From positions 1,674,001-1,738,000 of the forward strand of contig NW_027271369.1 of assembly GCF_040938485.1 (NCBI RefSeq): 64,000 nucleotides of DNA. Reading direction: 5' to 3'. This DNA comes from Diadema antillarum. Lineage: Eukaryota. Positions within the stretch are counted from its first letter, which is position 1, and each line of letters opens with the position of its first letter. Positions 62,070-64,000 of this stretch are shown here, piece by piece. The translations under genes and the position numbers were made by a program. The notes under the pieces were generated by a model, which saw only the letters and a list, made by a program, of their open reading frames with translations, was not told the origin of the DNA and made no database searches.

Positions 62070-63801
62070 TCTGGAGAATTATCAGATGAACCTCTTCCAA
62101 GCGTTAAGTCTGTAGTATGGCAATGTGGGGAAAGATAATCATATATTTTGTCACATAAATATATGTCCATATGGTTATGTATATATATATATCATTTCGA
62201 GATAACGCAGTGTCAATTGTTACTCCAAGGACATTTTGTTCCAAGTGCTTTTTAGCATTTAGAATCACAAGTAACATATCTGCAATGTAATCATCATTCT
62301 TAAACTACGTTATTTCTAGCCTTAAAAGGATTTTAACTACTTTTGTGGTCATTCAGTACCAAGAATTTGGCAGCAAGACATTCAACTATACTTTCCACTG
62401 TTCCCGATATTTTACAAATATTCCACTATTATTTTGGGCCAGCCTTCCGTTGACTTTATGTAAAGGTATTATTTTGATTTTCTTTTTTTCTTTGTATAGG
62501 CATATCAGACCAACATCAACTTCGCTCATGCTCGAGTTTTATCATATGAATATGAAGATGTACGAATCGGTCTGATTTTGTAGGCCTTATTTATTTCATT
62601 TTGTAGTGTGACCTACTGACATATGAGCAGGTGTCGATTTGGGTTTAACAAGCCCGCCTAAATAAAATAATGTCTCAGGAAATGATGAGCACATTGTTCC
62701 TCGTGATGTTAGTTATAAAAAAAGAATGGCTGTTAATTGGAATGTAGACAGTGAAGCTTCCGTTTTGCTTGTAGCCTGAAGTACAATTACCTAAACTGCA
62801 TTTTCTCAAGTGACAGATTGTAGTTGTAGGCTTATGTTTATTGTTGTTTATTTGTACTTGAATTATTTGTCTAGCGTTATAATGTATAATTTGATAATTG
62901 TTTATGATTGTTTTCCATTAGTATAACTGATTCTGGGTACATGCACTGGTCGGGGAGGAAGGCCTCGATGATTAAAAGTTTACCTTTTTCTCTTCTGGCA
63001 ACCAGGGGTCTGCACCTTGAATCCCCACATTCTTTATAATGTAATATGATTGTCTGTTTATGTTTATGTTGAAATGCCAAATGAATAGCAAATAAGGATA
63101 ATAAGTTCTATCGTAAAAACAAATAATGCACATCGTACTACATAATGTTCCATTTTTTTCAATAATTTGCTATGATCTTTACAACCAAATGCCTTTAAAT
63201 ATGTCTAAAATGATCCCACAACATCTATCCATGATTTTCAAATGCATTTCATATTCTGTCCACTAGTCTCACGAGTGTCATTCATGTGAAATAGCCCTTT
63301 TATCTTTAAATACCTCATTTTTTTTTTTTTGGGGGGGGGGTAAAAATGTCATTCGTATTTACAAATCACCTCGGTCGTGCATAAATTAGTTTTTAAAACA
63401 CATTGGACTTCACACACAATAAAGATATAGGGTAATACTTATGTTGTTGTTTACCACCTTCGGATCACCACTGCAGATTTCATAGAGAATGAAACCTAAA
63501 TGGGATTTGACGGAATGCAGCAATACAGTAGGGCACATCAGTTTAGTTTAAGGAAAAGCGGACAATCCGCTCAAGATGTATGTATATATATATATATATA
63601 TATATGCATTTTATCCAGGGATAACTTGCTGAGAACTTTTAATTGCATTGTGACGTAATGTATCGACCGCTTGGTATTATGTTTGAATTCCTATTTCTTT
63701 TTGTATACATCCAAGCTGGACATTCTGTAATATTAAGTGGGTTAGTCAAATACCGGTTAGTGATTGGCTAAACAGAGTCACGTGATGGAGGTACATTCGT
63801 T

Positions 63802-63854
63802 ATGTTCGCCCATGGGCGAACATTCTTGGTAATGTTCTCCCATGGGAGAACATT
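63802..63854. repeat. Two adjacent perfect palindromes (22 and 24 bp) centred on CCCATGGG
   Basis: atgttcgcccatgggcgaacat (63802-63823) and aatgttctcccatgggagaacatt (63831-63854). Confidence 0.9.
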
Positions 63855-64000
63855 TTCACGTAACAAATGACAGAAGGCCTAGGACCGGCCACCCTCGCGC
63901 GCACTGTGAATTTGGCTCTGCGCGAGCGAGTGCGTTGTGCTAGCTCTGCATGCATGCGGCTGGTGATTGCAAGGATCGTACGCTGTAACTACAGCCCAGC

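Noticed and set aside
62940-63040. Possible short exon (NVGIQGADPWLPEEKK|GTAAAC) or methyltransferase-like KGKLLIIEAFLPD on the minus strand
   Set aside because: The two readings are in different frames, there is no good acceptor or partner exon, and the segments are too short to support.

Overview
AT-rich eukaryotic DNA. The repeat style suggests an echinoderm, probably a sea urchin, but this is inference and cannot be verified here. There is one 138-N gap. The window is a head-to-tail tandem array of seven paralogous two-exon genes on the minus strand, spaced 7-14 kb apart. Every copy has a 293-nt coding exon 1 and a 649-nt coding exon 2 (942 nt, 313 aa, no indels between copies). The product is a soluble P-loop/PAPS-dependent sulfotransferase-fold protein, most like the stand-alone Sulfotransfer_5 family (the N-terminal domain of plant 'BCAT-like' proteins). 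Six copies are intact. Copy 4 carries a TAA nonsense codon at residue 137. PAPS/catalytic motifs are invariant, while four short patches, probably acceptor-binding, vary strongly and assort as a mosaic between copies. All seven copies keep a DR1/HNF4-like element 111-117 nt upstream of the ATG and an atypical AAG splice acceptor. The spacers are descendants of one duplicated unit. They hold a decayed, frame-conserved second ORF, CR1/L2 LINE relics and many DNA-transposon derivatives: TTAA MITEs, hAT, piggyBac-like, TA-MITE, a Helentron/DINE-like element, a 2.2-kb foldback and a solo LTR. Several of these can be dated by filled/empty paralogous sites inside the window. No rRNA, genuine tRNA or CRISPR array was found.
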